The notes: generated by a model not told the origin, from the letters alone. Shown: positions 9,090-19,283, numbered from the stretch's first letter. The stretch is DNA of 64,000 bases from an uncultured Spirochaetota bacterium (GCA_963745235.1 CAVUXE010000052.1:274009-338008), one strand, 5' to 3'. A program made the numbers and translations.

Positions 9090-10154
9090 ATGGGTATGCT
9101 GTTCACACCTTTGACGATTCGTGAGATCACGCTTCGAAACCGTATCTGCGTCTCTCCCATGTGCCAGTACTCATGCCAGGACGGCTTTGCCACTGACTGG
9201 CACCTCGTCCACCTCGGCAGCCGGGCCGTGGGCGGAGCGGCGCTCGTCTTCACGGAGGCCACTGCCGTGACCGCGCAGGGACGGATCAGCGCGCATGACC
9301 TTGGCATCTGGAAGGACGAGCACATCCCCGCGCTGGCACGGGTTGCGCACTTCGTCGCGGCACAGGGAGCGCTGCCCGGCATCCAGCTTGCGCATGCCGG
9401 CAGAAAGGCTTCCGTCGCGGTCCCCTGGGACGGCGGAGGCCCGGTTGCGGAAGCGGGAGGCGGTTGGCGGACCGTGGGCCCCAGCCCTCTCCCCTTTGCC
9501 CAGGGATACCAGGCCCCTGACGAGCTGTCCCCCGCGGGCATCTCGGAGGTGGTTGCCGCCTTTGCGGCCGCTGCCCGGCGGGCTCTGGAGGCCGGCTTCC
9601 AGGTCCTGGAAATCCACAACGCACACGGATACCTCCTGCACGAGTTCCTCTCCCCGTTGTCGAATCATCGCACCGACCGATACGGCGGCTCCCTGGAAAA
9701 CCGCATGCGCCTGCCGCGCGAGGTCGCGGCGGCGGTGCGCGCCGTGGTGCCGGGGCGTCTCCCCCTGTTCGCCAGGATCTCCTGCTCTGACTGGGTGGAA
9801 GGGGGCTGGGACATTGAGCAATCAGTGGAGCTCGGACGCGCGCTGAAGCAGGAGGGAGTGGACCTCATAGACTGCTCTTCCGGCGGCAACGTCATGGAGG
9901 CGCAGATCCCCTTCGGGCCGGGCTATCAAACCGGCTTTGCGGAACGCATCCGGCGCGAGTCGGGTATCCCTACCGGATCCGTCGGCCTCATTACGTCGGC
10001 CCAGCAGGCGGATCACGTCCTTCGAACAGGACAGGCGGACGTGGTCATCATGGCCCGACAGCTCCTGAGAGATCCATACTGGCCGCTTCGCGCGGCGGCT
10101 GAGCTGAAAGCGCAGGCTCCCTGGCCCAACCAGTACCTCCGCGCCAGGGTCTGA
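9090..10154 (+). CDS. namA: NADH:flavin oxidoreductase, Old Yellow Enzyme family (YqjM/NamA-type)
   Basis: SPMCQYS, IQLAHAGRKAS, EIHNAHGYLLHEFLSPLSN, LLRDPYWP. Confidence 0.9.
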   Translation: MGMLFTPLTIREITLRNRICVSPMCQYSCQDGFATDWHLVHLGSRAVGGAALVFTEATAVTAQGRISAHDLGIWKDEHIPALARVAHFVAAQGALPGIQLAHAGRKASVAVPWDGGGPVAEAGGGWRTVGPSPLPFAQGYQAPDELSPAGISEVVAAFAAAARRALEAGFQVLEIHNAHGYLLHEFLSPLSNHRTDRYGGSLENRMRLPREVAAAVRAVVPGRLPLFARISCSDWVEGGWDIEQSVELGRALKQEGVDLIDCSSGGNVMEAQIPFGPGYQTGFAERIRRESGIPTGSVGLITSAQQADHVLRTGQADVVIMARQLLRDPYWPLRAAAELKAQAPWPNQYLRARV

Positions 10155-10182
10155 AACCCGTCCCCGTGGCCGCGAAAACCGT

Positions 10183-10878
10183 ATGGATGAGCAGGACAAG
10201 GCACTGATCCAGCCGGGGAGCAAACCTGACGCCGCGGTCATTCTCCTGCATGGCCTCGGCGCGGACGGCCACGACTTCGAGCCGCTCGCGCCGGAGTTGA
10301 ATCTGCCCGACGCGCCGTCGATACGGTGGGTCTTCCCTCACGCGCCCGTGCGGCCCGTCACCGTCAACGGCGGATACAGGATGCGCGCCTGGTACGATAT
10401 CATCGCCCTGGACCCCGAGGCTCCCGAAGACGAAACCGGGATTCGCGAAGCGGCGCGGACTGTCGGCTCTTTCATCCGTGCCGAGCGGGAGCAGGGAATC
10501 CCGGATCACAGGATTGTCCTTGCCGGCTTCTCGCAAGGCGGGGCCGCGGCGCTGTTCACGGCGCTGCGGTGGCCAGAGCGTCTTGCCGGGGTTGTCGCCT
10601 TGTCCTGCTACCTTCCCCTTCCGGGACGGTTGACCGCGGAGGCCCACCCGGCGAACAAGGCTGTGCGTATCTTCATGGCGCATGGGACGGCTGACCCGGT
10701 TGTGCCGCTCCCGTTCGGGGAAGCGGCAAGAGATCAGCTGACGGCCATGGGATGCGACGTGGAGTGGCACACCTACCAGATCCAGCACGGCCTGTGCGCG
10801 CAGGAGGTGGGAGACTTGAGGGCGTGGCTCCTGGGCGTCCTTCCCGGACTTACTTCGGAGCCACCGTCATCTCACTGA
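10183..10878 (+). CDS. Carboxylesterase / phospholipase (alpha-beta hydrolase)
   Basis: LHGLGADG, GFSQGG nucleophile motif, HGTADPVVP. Confidence 0.9.
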   Translation: MDEQDKALIQPGSKPDAAVILLHGLGADGHDFEPLAPELNLPDAPSIRWVFPHAPVRPVTVNGGYRMRAWYDIIALDPEAPEDETGIREAARTVGSFIRAEREQGIPDHRIVLAGFSQGGAAALFTALRWPERLAGVVALSCYLPLPGRLTAEAHPANKAVRIFMAHGTADPVVPLPFGEAARDQLTAMGCDVEWHTYQIQHGLCAQEVGDLRAWLLGVLPGLTSEPPSSH

Positions 10879-12145
10879 CCGCTGATCGAAGCTTCTCCTG
10901 CATCTTTTTGATGTCGCCGCTGAAGATGTATGAAATGGCGAGCAGGAGCAGGGCGCAGGGAACCCACATGGCTGCGGAGATGCTCAAGGCCGCCCCCATT
11001 CCGAGGGCCACCGAAAGAACGCCTCCGACGAGCTTGCCGAGTCCTGTGCCCACGGAATCCGTCAGGTTGAAGATCGAAAAGATGGATCCCCGGTTTTCCG
11101 GCACGTTCACATCCAGCAGCATTGTCTTCACGTTCGGGTTGGTGATCATGGCGATGAAGGAGGCAAGAAGGCCAAGGATCAGCATGAGAGGCAGGTTCCT
11201 TCCCAGGGGCAGAATGAAAATGACCACCGCTATCAGGGCCCCGGCGAAGGTCGTAGCCGAGCACAGGAGCGGAAGATGGGAAGCCGTGCGCTTGAACAGG
11301 GCGCCTCCCCACAGCCCGCCGACAATTGTTCCGATGGTTGCCCCGACGCCGAAGAACAGGAACACCGTGGTCGCTTCCTGGATGGTAAAGCCCCGGTCCT
11401 CGCTCAGAAACTTCACGAGGAAGAGCGGGATTGCGCCCCAGGGAATTGTGCCGACGAGCCCCTGGATGAACAGGTACAGGTTGGTCTTCACACGGAACAA
11501 CTCGCGGTAATCTGAAAGCTTCATTGTCCGGGAATAGACGTAGCCGCCATCTATCAGCGCTTTCAAGGATTCTTCCGTGGCGCCCCGCCGGGGCTCGGAG
11601 ACAAAGAAGTAGAAAAAGGGCAGGACGATCAATCCCGGCAACGCGGTGACCAGGAACGGAAACCGCCATCCGAAAGCGGGGCCGAGGTATCCGCCGAGGA
11701 GCTGGCCTAGTATCTGGCCCAACCCGATGACGGTGACCATCCACGTCACCGCGGATGCCCTTTCCTTCTCCCCGTACATGTCGCCGATCAGGGAGAAAAT
11801 GGTCGGAAAGGAAACACCCACCCCGATGCCGGTGAGGATCCTGAGGATGAAGAACTGCGGGTAGTTCTGCACGAACGCGGTCAGCAGGCACGGGATCTGG
11901 CCGAGGAGGATGGAGTAGACAAACAGCAGCTTCCGGTTCTTCTTGTCCGTCAGGTATCCCCAGACGATGCTGACCACCGCTCCCAGGATGGTAAAGAGCC
12001 CGCTCATGAGGCCGATGGCGGCATCATTGACGCTGAACTCCTTTTCGATGAGCACGAGCGTGGAGTTCATCACGTTCTGGTCCGCGTTCAGGAATCCGAC
12101 GATGATGATCATGAGCACAAGCGCAAGGGTCCTGCTGTTTTTCAT
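10850..12145 (-). CDS. MFS transporter
   Basis: About 12 TM helices; WGYLTDKKNRK motif A; GWRFPF. Confidence 0.9.
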   Translation of the reverse strand: MKNSRTLALVLMIIIVGFLNADQNVMNSTLVLIEKEFSVNDAAIGLMSGLFTILGAVVSIVWGYLTDKKNRKLLFVYSILLGQIPCLLTAFVQNYPQFFILRILTGIGVGVSFPTIFSLIGDMYGEKERASAVTWMVTVIGLGQILGQLLGGYLGPAFGWRFPFLVTALPGLIVLPFFYFFVSEPRRGATEESLKALIDGGYVYSRTMKLSDYRELFRVKTNLYLFIQGLVGTIPWGAIPLFLVKFLSEDRGFTIQEATTVFLFFGVGATIGTIVGGLWGGALFKRTASHLPLLCSATTFAGALIAVVIFILPLGRNLPLMLILGLLASFIAMITNPNVKTMLLDVNVPENRGSIFSIFNLTDSVGTGLGKLVGGVLSVALGMGAALSISAAMWVPCALLLLAISYIFSGDIKKMQEKLRSAVSEMTVAPK

Positions 12146-13761
12146 TTCCGGCTGCTCCTTTTTACAATCAGAACATCGTATGGTCCAAGATCGGAACCGT
12201 GGGTGTCGACGCCCGAGGCGTCTGGTCCCCGCGAGCGCAGCAATACGGTGCTCTCTTCATCTCCTGCAAGCTCCAGCTTTACCCGCTTGCCGGTAAAGTT
12301 CAAGGCGACGAGCACCTTTTCTGATGCGTCCAGCCTGAAGTACACAAGGGCGTTTGGAAGGTATTCCTCCACGAACCTGATCTCACCGGACTGGAGCGCG
12401 GGGCGCTTCTTCCTGAGCCAGATGAGCTCCCTGTAAAGGCTCAAGAGCGAGCCTGCGGATCCGGACTGGGTCCCCACATTGGCTTGCTTGAAGTCGCTGG
12501 CCACGGGAAGCCACGGCTTCCCGCCCGAGAAGCCGCCATTGGCGGAGCCGTCCCACTGCATGGGTGTCCGCGCCAGGTCCCGCCTGAATCTTCGAAACGG
12601 CCAGGTCTTCCTGCTGAGCGGGTCAACGAGGTCTTTTCTTCTCAGCCGGCCTCCGGTCATCCCGATCTCCTCTCCGTAGTACAGGAATGGCGTGCCGCGG
12701 AGGGTCATGAGCAGCGCCGCAGCAACCCGTGCACGCGCATCGGTCCATTTTCCCCTGCTGTACCTGAGACAGTGGCGCAGGTTGTCGTGGTTGCTGAGGG
12801 TGAATGCAGGCCAGGCGCCGGCGGGCAGTCGGCCATACCAGTTCGCCAGGGACCTGTGCATCCGGGTGGCGCTCCACGGCTGGAACAGAAAGTCGAAATA
12901 GAACACCAGGTGAAGAGCATCGTTGCCGCTGCCGTAGTACGCGGAGGAGATGGCGGGATCATCCGCGTAGACCTCGCCCACCATCATCCTTTCGCCATAC
13001 GAGTCAGTGAGTGCCCGCAGCTCTTTGCACAGGTCAACGGTCTCCGGCCTGTTGCGGTCATAGACATGCTTGTGGAGGTCGATGCTTCCCAGGGAGAGCG
13101 GGTTGCTGCGCAGCCGGTCATCCTTGATGAACCAGTTGATGACGTCGAGCCGTAAGCCATCCACGCCCATGTCGAGCCAGTACCTGATCACGTCCAGCAT
13201 CTCCCGCTTGAGCCCGGGGTTCCTCCAGTTCACTTCGGGCTGGTGCCGCGTGAAGGTTCCGAGATAGAACTCGCCGCGGGCCTCGTCATACCACCATGCG
13301 TTTCGCAGCTCGAACTGCGAAAACCAGTTATTGGGCGGCCTCCCGTTCTTACCGGGGTGCCAGAGGTACCAGTCCGCCTTCGGGCCGTCCCTGCCGCGCC
13401 TGGATTCCTGGAACCAGGGATGCTCGTCGGAGGTGTGATTCAGGACAAGGTCTATGATGACATGGATTTTCCGCCCGTGAGCCTCAGAGAGAAGCTGCCT
13501 GAAATCCTGGAGCGTGCCGAACATCGGATCGATGTCCCGGTAATCGGAAACGTCGTATCCGAAGTCCCTCATGGGGGACCGGAAGAAAGGAGAAATCCAC
13601 ACCCCGTCCACGCCCAGGGACCTCTCGGTCCCGTCATTCAGGTAGTCAAGCTTTTCCCTGAGGCCTCTGAGGTCCCCGATCCCATCACCGTTGGAGTCCT
13701 TGAAGCTTCGAGGATATATCTGATAGAGGACGCCGGATTTCCACCATGGGTCGTGAGTCAC
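12142..13761 (-). CDS. GH13 alpha-glucosidase / oligo-1,6-glucosidase
   Basis: WWKSGVLYQIYPRSFKDSNGDGIGDL, DGLRLDV, SNHD, YYGEEIGM. Start set at GTG 13761; the longer ORF is spurious. Confidence 0.92.
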   Translation of the reverse strand: MTHDPWWKSGVLYQIYPRSFKDSNGDGIGDLRGLREKLDYLNDGTERSLGVDGVWISPFFRSPMRDFGYDVSDYRDIDPMFGTLQDFRQLLSEAHGRKIHVIIDLVLNHTSDEHPWFQESRRGRDGPKADWYLWHPGKNGRPPNNWFSQFELRNAWWYDEARGEFYLGTFTRHQPEVNWRNPGLKREMLDVIRYWLDMGVDGLRLDVINWFIKDDRLRSNPLSLGSIDLHKHVYDRNRPETVDLCKELRALTDSYGERMMVGEVYADDPAISSAYYGSGNDALHLVFYFDFLFQPWSATRMHRSLANWYGRLPAGAWPAFTLSNHDNLRHCLRYSRGKWTDARARVAAALLMTLRGTPFLYYGEEIGMTGGRLRRKDLVDPLSRKTWPFRRFRRDLARTPMQWDGSANGGFSGGKPWLPVASDFKQANVGTQSGSAGSLLSLYRELIWLRKKRPALQSGEIRFVEEYLPNALVYFRLDASEKVLVALNFTGKRVKLELAGDEESTVLLRSRGPDASGVDTHGSDLGPYDVLIVKRSSRK

Positions 13762-13772
13762 AACGGACGGCC

Positions 13773-14012
13773 TCAGCGCGCCGGCACGATGTCGATGTGG
13801 CGGACCGCTTCCAGGTTGGGGCTCATCTCCCAGCGCCCTCGGGCGTTTCGACGGAATGGCACCACCATTGCAGCCGCGCCTCCGAAGACGGAGACTCGCA
13901 GCAGGTACGTCCCGCCGCCGCCGCGCGCCACCTCCATGTGGAGGCTCCCCGGGTCCGCTTCCGCGAACACCTGAAACGACATGACAGCCGTCTCTCTCTT
14001 CGAAGCGGACAC
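13773..14012 (-). CDS. Small hypothetical protein (about 79 aa)
   Basis: Strong AAGGAGG SD upstream of GTG 14012; stop lies just before the GH13 start. Confidence 0.5.
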   Translation of the reverse strand: MSASKRETAVMSFQVFAEADPGSLHMEVARGGGGTYLLRVSVFGGAAAMVVPFRRNARGRWEMSPNLEAVRHIDIVPAR

Positions 14013-14066
14013 CTGCAATTCCTCCTTTTCCGGGCATACTACCGCTAAGCCTTCCGGCAAGTAAAG

Positions 14067-15233
14067 TCAGTGCCGCGCGGGGCGCGTGAGGATCCGTGCG
14101 CCGAAAACGACAAGAACGATGACCCCGACCAGGGGCACAATCGAAGAGAGGAGAAAGAGAGAGCTGTAGCCGTGGGCCTCCAGGACATAGCCCCCCAGAA
14201 CGGCAGCAAGAAACGTGGGAAGCCCGCCGCCCACCGAGTTGTAGATCGCCATGCCCATTCCCCTGCGGGCAGGGGCGACCCTGCCGTTCACGTACGCCAC
14301 GGCCGCCGTGTGAAACGTCCCGAAGGTGAAGGCATGGAGCAGCTGGGCAAAGCCCACAACGAGAACAGATGGCGCCAGGACGAACAGGGCAAGTCGCAGG
14401 CTGACGGCGGCCAGGGACGCAATCAGCAGAACCCGTATTCCAAACCGTCCAATCAGTGCGCCGGAAAAAATAACCAGTGGTATCTCGGCCATGGATCCGA
14501 TTGCCCACAACACGCTCACGCTGGAAAGACCAAAGGTGTCGCGCAGGTAAAGGGAGAAGAACGAGTAGTAGGCCCCCAGTCCGAACCTGCCCAGGAAGAC
14601 CACCCCGATCACCGCCCAGAACTTTGCATCCAGGCCATCACCATCGTCGGAGTCCGCTCGGACCTCCTGTGCAGATCCGGCAGGCGCGGCGGGAATGAGC
14701 CAGATCGCCGAAGCCGCGAGTCCAGCGGCCACGCCGAAGGCGGCAAGGATGGAAAGGGATGAGTCGCCGGAGATGACCCCGCTCACCTGGAGAAAGAGGG
14801 AGACTCCGACAAAGCTGATGCTGCCCGCAACGCGAAGCCCCCCGTACTGGCGGGCCGGGTCATGGAGGATCCTGCCCACAAGGGAATCCAGGAGAGGGAC
14901 AGTGGCCCTGTAGGAGAACCCCATGATGGCGATGCACACCAGGTACAGCGGCAGCGCGCTCGCGAGCTGGAGGGAAACGAAAGCGACAACCGGCAGCAGC
15001 AGGGATGCGAAGTACACGGAGCGGTATGCGGTTTTCCTGTCTGCCAGGTGGCTGAGGATGATGGGGCCGCCGATCCCGGTCAGCTCCATCATGCCGAGGA
15101 GGAGCCCGATGCGCGAGGGCGGCAGCCCGCGCGCCTTGAGATACAGCTGCAGGTAGGGCGTGAGGATGGCGTAGCTTGCAAAGAGAAGCACATAGTTTGC
15201 CCAGGAGGAGGCCCGTACGCTCAGCGTGCGCAT
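14067..15233 (-). CDS. MFS transporter (HcaT / maltose-permease-like)
   Basis: PYLQLYL, YGGLRVAGSISF, AQLLHAFTFG; TM-rich. Confidence 0.88.
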   Translation of the reverse strand: MRTLSVRASSWANYVLLFASYAILTPYLQLYLKARGLPPSRIGLLLGMMELTGIGGPIILSHLADRKTAYRSVYFASLLLPVVAFVSLQLASALPLYLVCIAIMGFSYRATVPLLDSLVGRILHDPARQYGGLRVAGSISFVGVSLFLQVSGVISGDSSLSILAAFGVAAGLAASAIWLIPAAPAGSAQEVRADSDDGDGLDAKFWAVIGVVFLGRFGLGAYYSFFSLYLRDTFGLSSVSVLWAIGSMAEIPLVIFSGALIGRFGIRVLLIASLAAVSLRLALFVLAPSVLVVGFAQLLHAFTFGTFHTAAVAYVNGRVAPARRGMGMAIYNSVGGGLPTFLAAVLGGYVLEAHGYSSLFLLSSIVPLVGVIVLVVFGARILTRPARH

Positions 15234-15283
15234 TGAAGGCACACTGTAGCAGAAACCTTCAGCGCGGGTCGAGTTGCGCGGCA

Positions 15284-15436
15284 TCAGGGCGCCGATGAGC
15301 CGCGCCTCCTCTCCGGGCTGCGAGCTTTCCGGTAGCGAAAGCCGCCGGCCGCCTCCAGCTTCTCCCGCACGCACAGCCCGATGACCGCCTCATCCCCGAG
15401 GGCGCTGCACTCTGCGATGACGTCCCCGAGGGGATC
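15284..15436 (-). pseudogene. 3' remnant of a nitrilase / carbon-nitrogen hydrolase gene
   Basis: Translates DPLGDVIAECSALGDEAVIGLCVREKLEAAGGFRYRKARSPE, matching the DPxG...RRPE C-terminus of this family; no start codon, and it abuts the GH4 stop. Confidence 0.6.
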
Positions 15437-17204
15437 ACCGTTTTTCAGCTGGTCGTCGTCCGAAGTACGCCAGGTCCTCCCGTTCCGCGCTCACCATCTC
15501 GTCGAACATGGATGCAATCTCTTCGGGATGACATACGGCTGCTGTCAGGGGATCCAGGAGCAGCGCGTGGCGCGCTGCAGCCAGGTCCCGGTTGAGCACC
15601 GCTTCCACCATGAGGCCGTGCACAGCCATGTGCGCGCCATCCAAGGCTGCGAGCTGCCCGGGGAGAGGGCCGAAGTGAACGGGGCTCAGCCCCGAGCTGT
15701 CGGCAAGCACGGGAACCTCGACGCAGCCGTCGAATGGAAGGTTCTCGATCAGGCCGGTATTCAGCACGTTGCCGTGGATCACGGCCGGGCGGCCGCATTC
15801 TATCGACTCGACGATCGTGGAGGCATACTCCTCGCTGCGCTGGAGAGCCAGGGGAGACCGGCCGTCGAGGATCTCCCGGATCGAATTGTCCCCACCCGCC
15901 CGCCAGGCGGGCCAGTTGTTCGCGTAAAAGCCGCTCTCCCCGCGATATCCCCCCCGCATATACCGCCGAATGAGCTCAGGCCGTTTTCGGAAGTAAGGAA
16001 GGTACTCCGACATGTGGCCGCTGGACTCGGTGCAGAACGCGCCGAAATGCTTCATCATCTCAAAGCGCACCGGGTCCGCGTCGTAGACGTCGGGATCCGC
16101 GGCGCGCTCCTGAAGACGCGGGTACATGTCACGGCCGTGGTGCGTGAGCTCCGTGAACCAGGCGAGGTGGTTGATGCCGGCGCACCGCCATGTGAGCTCC
16201 GAGGCGGGCAGATCGAGGTAGTCGGCTAGCTGCTGCGATGTGCCCTGCACCGAATGACACAGCCCGACCACGCGCAGTCGCGTGGCACGCAGGGCAAGCA
16301 GGGTGAGCGCGGACATCGGATTGGTGTAGTTCATCACGACCGCCCGCGGGCACAGCTCCTCGATGTCACGGAGGATCGAAAGCCATGCCGGGCCGGTGCG
16401 CAGCATTTTGAAGACGCCTCCGGGGCCTATGGTGTCTCCAATGCACTGGTCAACGCCGTACTTCAACGGAATGTCGTAGTCGTGCCGGACGTTCCGAAGA
16501 CCCGCCACCTCGATGGAGTTGATGACGTAGTCGCAACCGGGGAGCACCCTGCGACGGTCCCGCGTCGCCTCCACCCGCCATTCCCTGCCGGCGGCCTTCA
16601 CCATCGCATCCCCGACGCGCTTTGCCAGCGCAAGGCGTTGCGCATCCACGTCGACCAGGAAAAAGGTGCCCGACATGAGCCCCGGCGTCGTAAGAATGTC
16701 GGCGATGAGCTGACGGGCGAACACGGCGCTTCCGGCGCCGATGATCGCGACCTTCAAAGGACGGGAGACAACCTCGTCCCTGGCAGTCCTCTCCTCGGCA
16801 GTTGCCGAGGGGAAGGGATCCGGCTGGGACGGTTTCTCACGCACGCCATCCGACAGGGAGATAACCAGCTGTCCCATTTCACCGGTATTGATCCGAATCT
16901 TCAGGGCGTGGGACCCGGGCGCAAGGTGCGTACCGCGCAGGCGCATGGTAACGGCGACTCCGGATGTGAGCACCAGGGGCGTCGCAGCGGTTACGCTGTC
17001 TCCACTCCTGATCCCGCCGTCGGCAAGCATGACCGAGAGGACATCCGTGGAAAAGCTCCTTCCATCAACGTCCACGGAGAGCAGCCCGGTGAGCGTCCCC
17101 GAGCCAACGAAGTTTCGAAGCTGAAGCTCGCACCCATCCGTCGCGTTGACAAGGCTGCCCTTCACGTACAGGCGCTTGAGCACGAAGTTGGGGATGGCTG
17201 GCAT
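15435..17204 (-). CDS. melA: GH4 alpha-galactosidase with an extra N-terminal beta-rich domain
   Basis: KVAIIGAGSAVF, IPLKYGVDQCIGDTIGPGG, NYTNPM, GLCHSV, GINH, TESSGHMSEY; GGAGGAG SD. Confidence 0.88.
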   Translation of the reverse strand: MPAIPNFVLKRLYVKGSLVNATDGCELQLRNFVGSGTLTGLLSVDVDGRSFSTDVLSVMLADGGIRSGDSVTAATPLVLTSGVAVTMRLRGTHLAPGSHALKIRINTGEMGQLVISLSDGVREKPSQPDPFPSATAEERTARDEVVSRPLKVAIIGAGSAVFARQLIADILTTPGLMSGTFFLVDVDAQRLALAKRVGDAMVKAAGREWRVEATRDRRRVLPGCDYVINSIEVAGLRNVRHDYDIPLKYGVDQCIGDTIGPGGVFKMLRTGPAWLSILRDIEELCPRAVVMNYTNPMSALTLLALRATRLRVVGLCHSVQGTSQQLADYLDLPASELTWRCAGINHLAWFTELTHHGRDMYPRLQERAADPDVYDADPVRFEMMKHFGAFCTESSGHMSEYLPYFRKRPELIRRYMRGGYRGESGFYANNWPAWRAGGDNSIREILDGRSPLALQRSEEYASTIVESIECGRPAVIHGNVLNTGLIENLPFDGCVEVPVLADSSGLSPVHFGPLPGQLAALDGAHMAVHGLMVEAVLNRDLAAARHALLLDPLTAAVCHPEEIASMFDEMVSAEREDLAYFGRRPAEKR

Positions 17205-17261
17205 GGGGTCTCCTCCCGGCGATAGTACGACCGTGGACAACATCTTCGCAAGGAGTAGAAT

Positions 17262-18482
17262 ATGCGGGTGGGCGACTCAGATCTCCCGTATCCCGCCAGA
17301 CAGGACCGCCTGGGGTTCTGGCTGTACTACCTTCTGTTCGGCGCCGTGGTCGTCCGCGCTTTTGTCTATTCCCTCGGGCAGGGGAGATTTGCTCCCCTCC
17401 CCTACGCGCTCATGGGGTGCTTCCTGCTGCTCAGCCTCGTCGAGCCCTGGCTGAGCAGGAGATCCCGCATCCTGGTCGAGGTCTGGCTTGGCTCGCAGGC
17501 GGTGGTGATTTTTGCGATGCTCCTGACCCGGCCCGAGCACGACTACTACGCCATGCTGTACATGGCGCTCAGCCTCCCTGTCGAGCGCTCAATGCCCGCC
17601 CGCCGCGGCCTCATCTGGCTCGGGGTCTTCTGCCTCATGCTCGTCGGCGGGCAGCTCCTGGCTTTCGGTCTGCCGGATGGGCTGATGTATGCGCCGTCTT
17701 TCATTGCCGGGGTGATTCTCATCGGGCTCTACGGTTGGGCCATCCAAAGGGCCGAAGCCTCCCGGACACGCAGCGACGAGCTTGCCGCCGAGCTGCGGGA
17801 AGCCAACCGGTACCTGCGCGTGTACGCCGACCAGGCCGAGCAGTCGGCCACGGCCCAGGAGCGCGCGCGCCTTGCGCGTGAGCTGCATGACGCGGTCACG
17901 CAGACGGTGTTCAGCATGAACCTCACTGCCCAGGCCGCCCGGATCTCCCTTGATCGTGATCCGCGCAAGACGCGGGGCCTGCTGGAACGTCTCCAGGAAC
18001 TGGCGCGGGACGCGCTCACCGAGACACGGTCCCTCGTGGACGAGCTGCGGCCGAGGACCATCGCCGAAATGGGGCTCATCAGCGCCCTGGAGCAGCACTT
18101 CGCGCTGCGGGAAAAGCGGGACGGGCTGCATGTTTCTTTCACTGTGGAGGGTCAGGAGACGGGCAGGGCCCCGCTCCTGGACGCGCTGTTCAGAACGACC
18201 CAGGAAGCGCTGAACAACGTCGCACGTCATGCGGGGACGGATTCCGCGGCCGTCAAACTCGCATTCTCCGGGGACTGCGCGGTGCTGAGCGTCCGAGACC
18301 AGGGGAAAGGCTTCGACCAGGAAGGGCCGCGGCGCGCTGAGAGCTACGGCCTGCTCACGATGCGCGAGCGCGTCGAGTCCCTAGGAGGCAGCTTTCGCCT
18401 GAGCTCGGTGCCCGGAGCGGGCACGGAGATCGAGGTGCGCGTGCCGATCGACGAAGAGCCGGGAGGGGAGCCAAAAGGATGA
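17262..18482 (+). CDS. Membrane sensor histidine kinase (HisKA_3, NarX/DesK-type)
   Basis: ERARLARELHDAVTQ, QEALNNVARHA, DQGKGF, YGLLTMRER. Confidence 0.93.
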   Translation: MRVGDSDLPYPARQDRLGFWLYYLLFGAVVVRAFVYSLGQGRFAPLPYALMGCFLLLSLVEPWLSRRSRILVEVWLGSQAVVIFAMLLTRPEHDYYAMLYMALSLPVERSMPARRGLIWLGVFCLMLVGGQLLAFGLPDGLMYAPSFIAGVILIGLYGWAIQRAEASRTRSDELAAELREANRYLRVYADQAEQSATAQERARLARELHDAVTQTVFSMNLTAQAARISLDRDPRKTRGLLERLQELARDALTETRSLVDELRPRTIAEMGLISALEQHFALREKRDGLHVSFTVEGQETGRAPLLDALFRTTQEALNNVARHAGTDSAAVKLAFSGDCAVLSVRDQGKGFDQEGPRRAESYGLLTMRERVESLGGSFRLSSVPGAGTEIEVRVPIDEEPGGEPKG

Positions 18483-19141
18483 AAAGCAGCAAGCCGGAAG
18501 GGATCAAGGTCCTTATCGTTGACGACCACGCGGTCGTCCGGGAGGGCCTGCGGTCATTCCTGGGGTTGCAGGAAGGCATCGCGGTAGTCGGAGAGGCGTC
18601 GAACGGAGCCGAGGCCCTGGCGATGGTGGATCGCACACGCCCCCACGTGGTCCTGATGGACATGGTGATGCCGGAGATGGACGGCGTGCAGGCCATTGGC
18701 CGGCTCCATGAGACGCACCCGGAGGTGAAGTGCATCGCTTTAACGAGCTTCGCCGGGGATGACACGGTGTTCCCCGCCATCCGGGCGGGCGCCGTGGCAT
18801 ACCTTCTGAAAGACGTGGGCCCCGGCGAGCTGGAGGATGCCGTGCGAGCCGTGGCGCGCGGCGAAGTGCGGCTGCATCCCGACGTGATGCGAAAGCTGGC
18901 TTCCGGGATCCCGGACCCCGGGGAAGAGAAAACTGACAAGGGTCTCACCAGGCGGGAAAAAGAAATCCTGGCGTGCCTTGGACGCGGACTTTCCAACAAG
19001 GAGATCGCCTCCGAGCTTTTCATCAGCGAAAAAACGGTGAAGACGCACGTGAGCGGCGTGCTGGCGAAGCTCGGTCTTTCGGACCGGACCCAGGCTGCGC
19101 TGTATTCGGTCAAGCACGCGGCAGACGGCCCCCGGGGGTAG
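18479..19141 (+). CDS. NarL/LuxR-family response regulator
   Basis: VDDHAVVREG, LMDMVMP, LTRREKEIL...SNKEIA...TVKTHV. Confidence 0.95.
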   Translation: MKSSKPEGIKVLIVDDHAVVREGLRSFLGLQEGIAVVGEASNGAEALAMVDRTRPHVVLMDMVMPEMDGVQAIGRLHETHPEVKCIALTSFAGDDTVFPAIRAGAVAYLLKDVGPGELEDAVRAVARGEVRLHPDVMRKLASGIPDPGEEKTDKGLTRREKEILACLGRGLSNKEIASELFISEKTVKTHVSGVLAKLGLSDRTQAALYSVKHAADGPRG

Positions 19142-19171
19142 CCGCGGGACATTTTCCTCGCGGCGTTCTCC

Positions 19172-19263
19172 TCCATCGCAAGACCGAGAAATCCCTGCGA
19201 CCAGCGGATGAGCCAAAACAGGTCCCGCGCGGGATGCGAACGGGCGCGCGACGAGCTTATCAT
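19172..19263 (+). promoter_or_regulatory. Three candidate NarL/LiaR-type binding sites upstream of a -10 box
   Basis: 16-mers of form NN-N3-C-N4-G-N3-GA at 19172, 19196 and 19219 (24 and 23 bp apart); TATCAT at 19258-19263. Confidence 0.45.
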
Positions 19264-19283
19264 CATCACTGAACGGAGGACAG

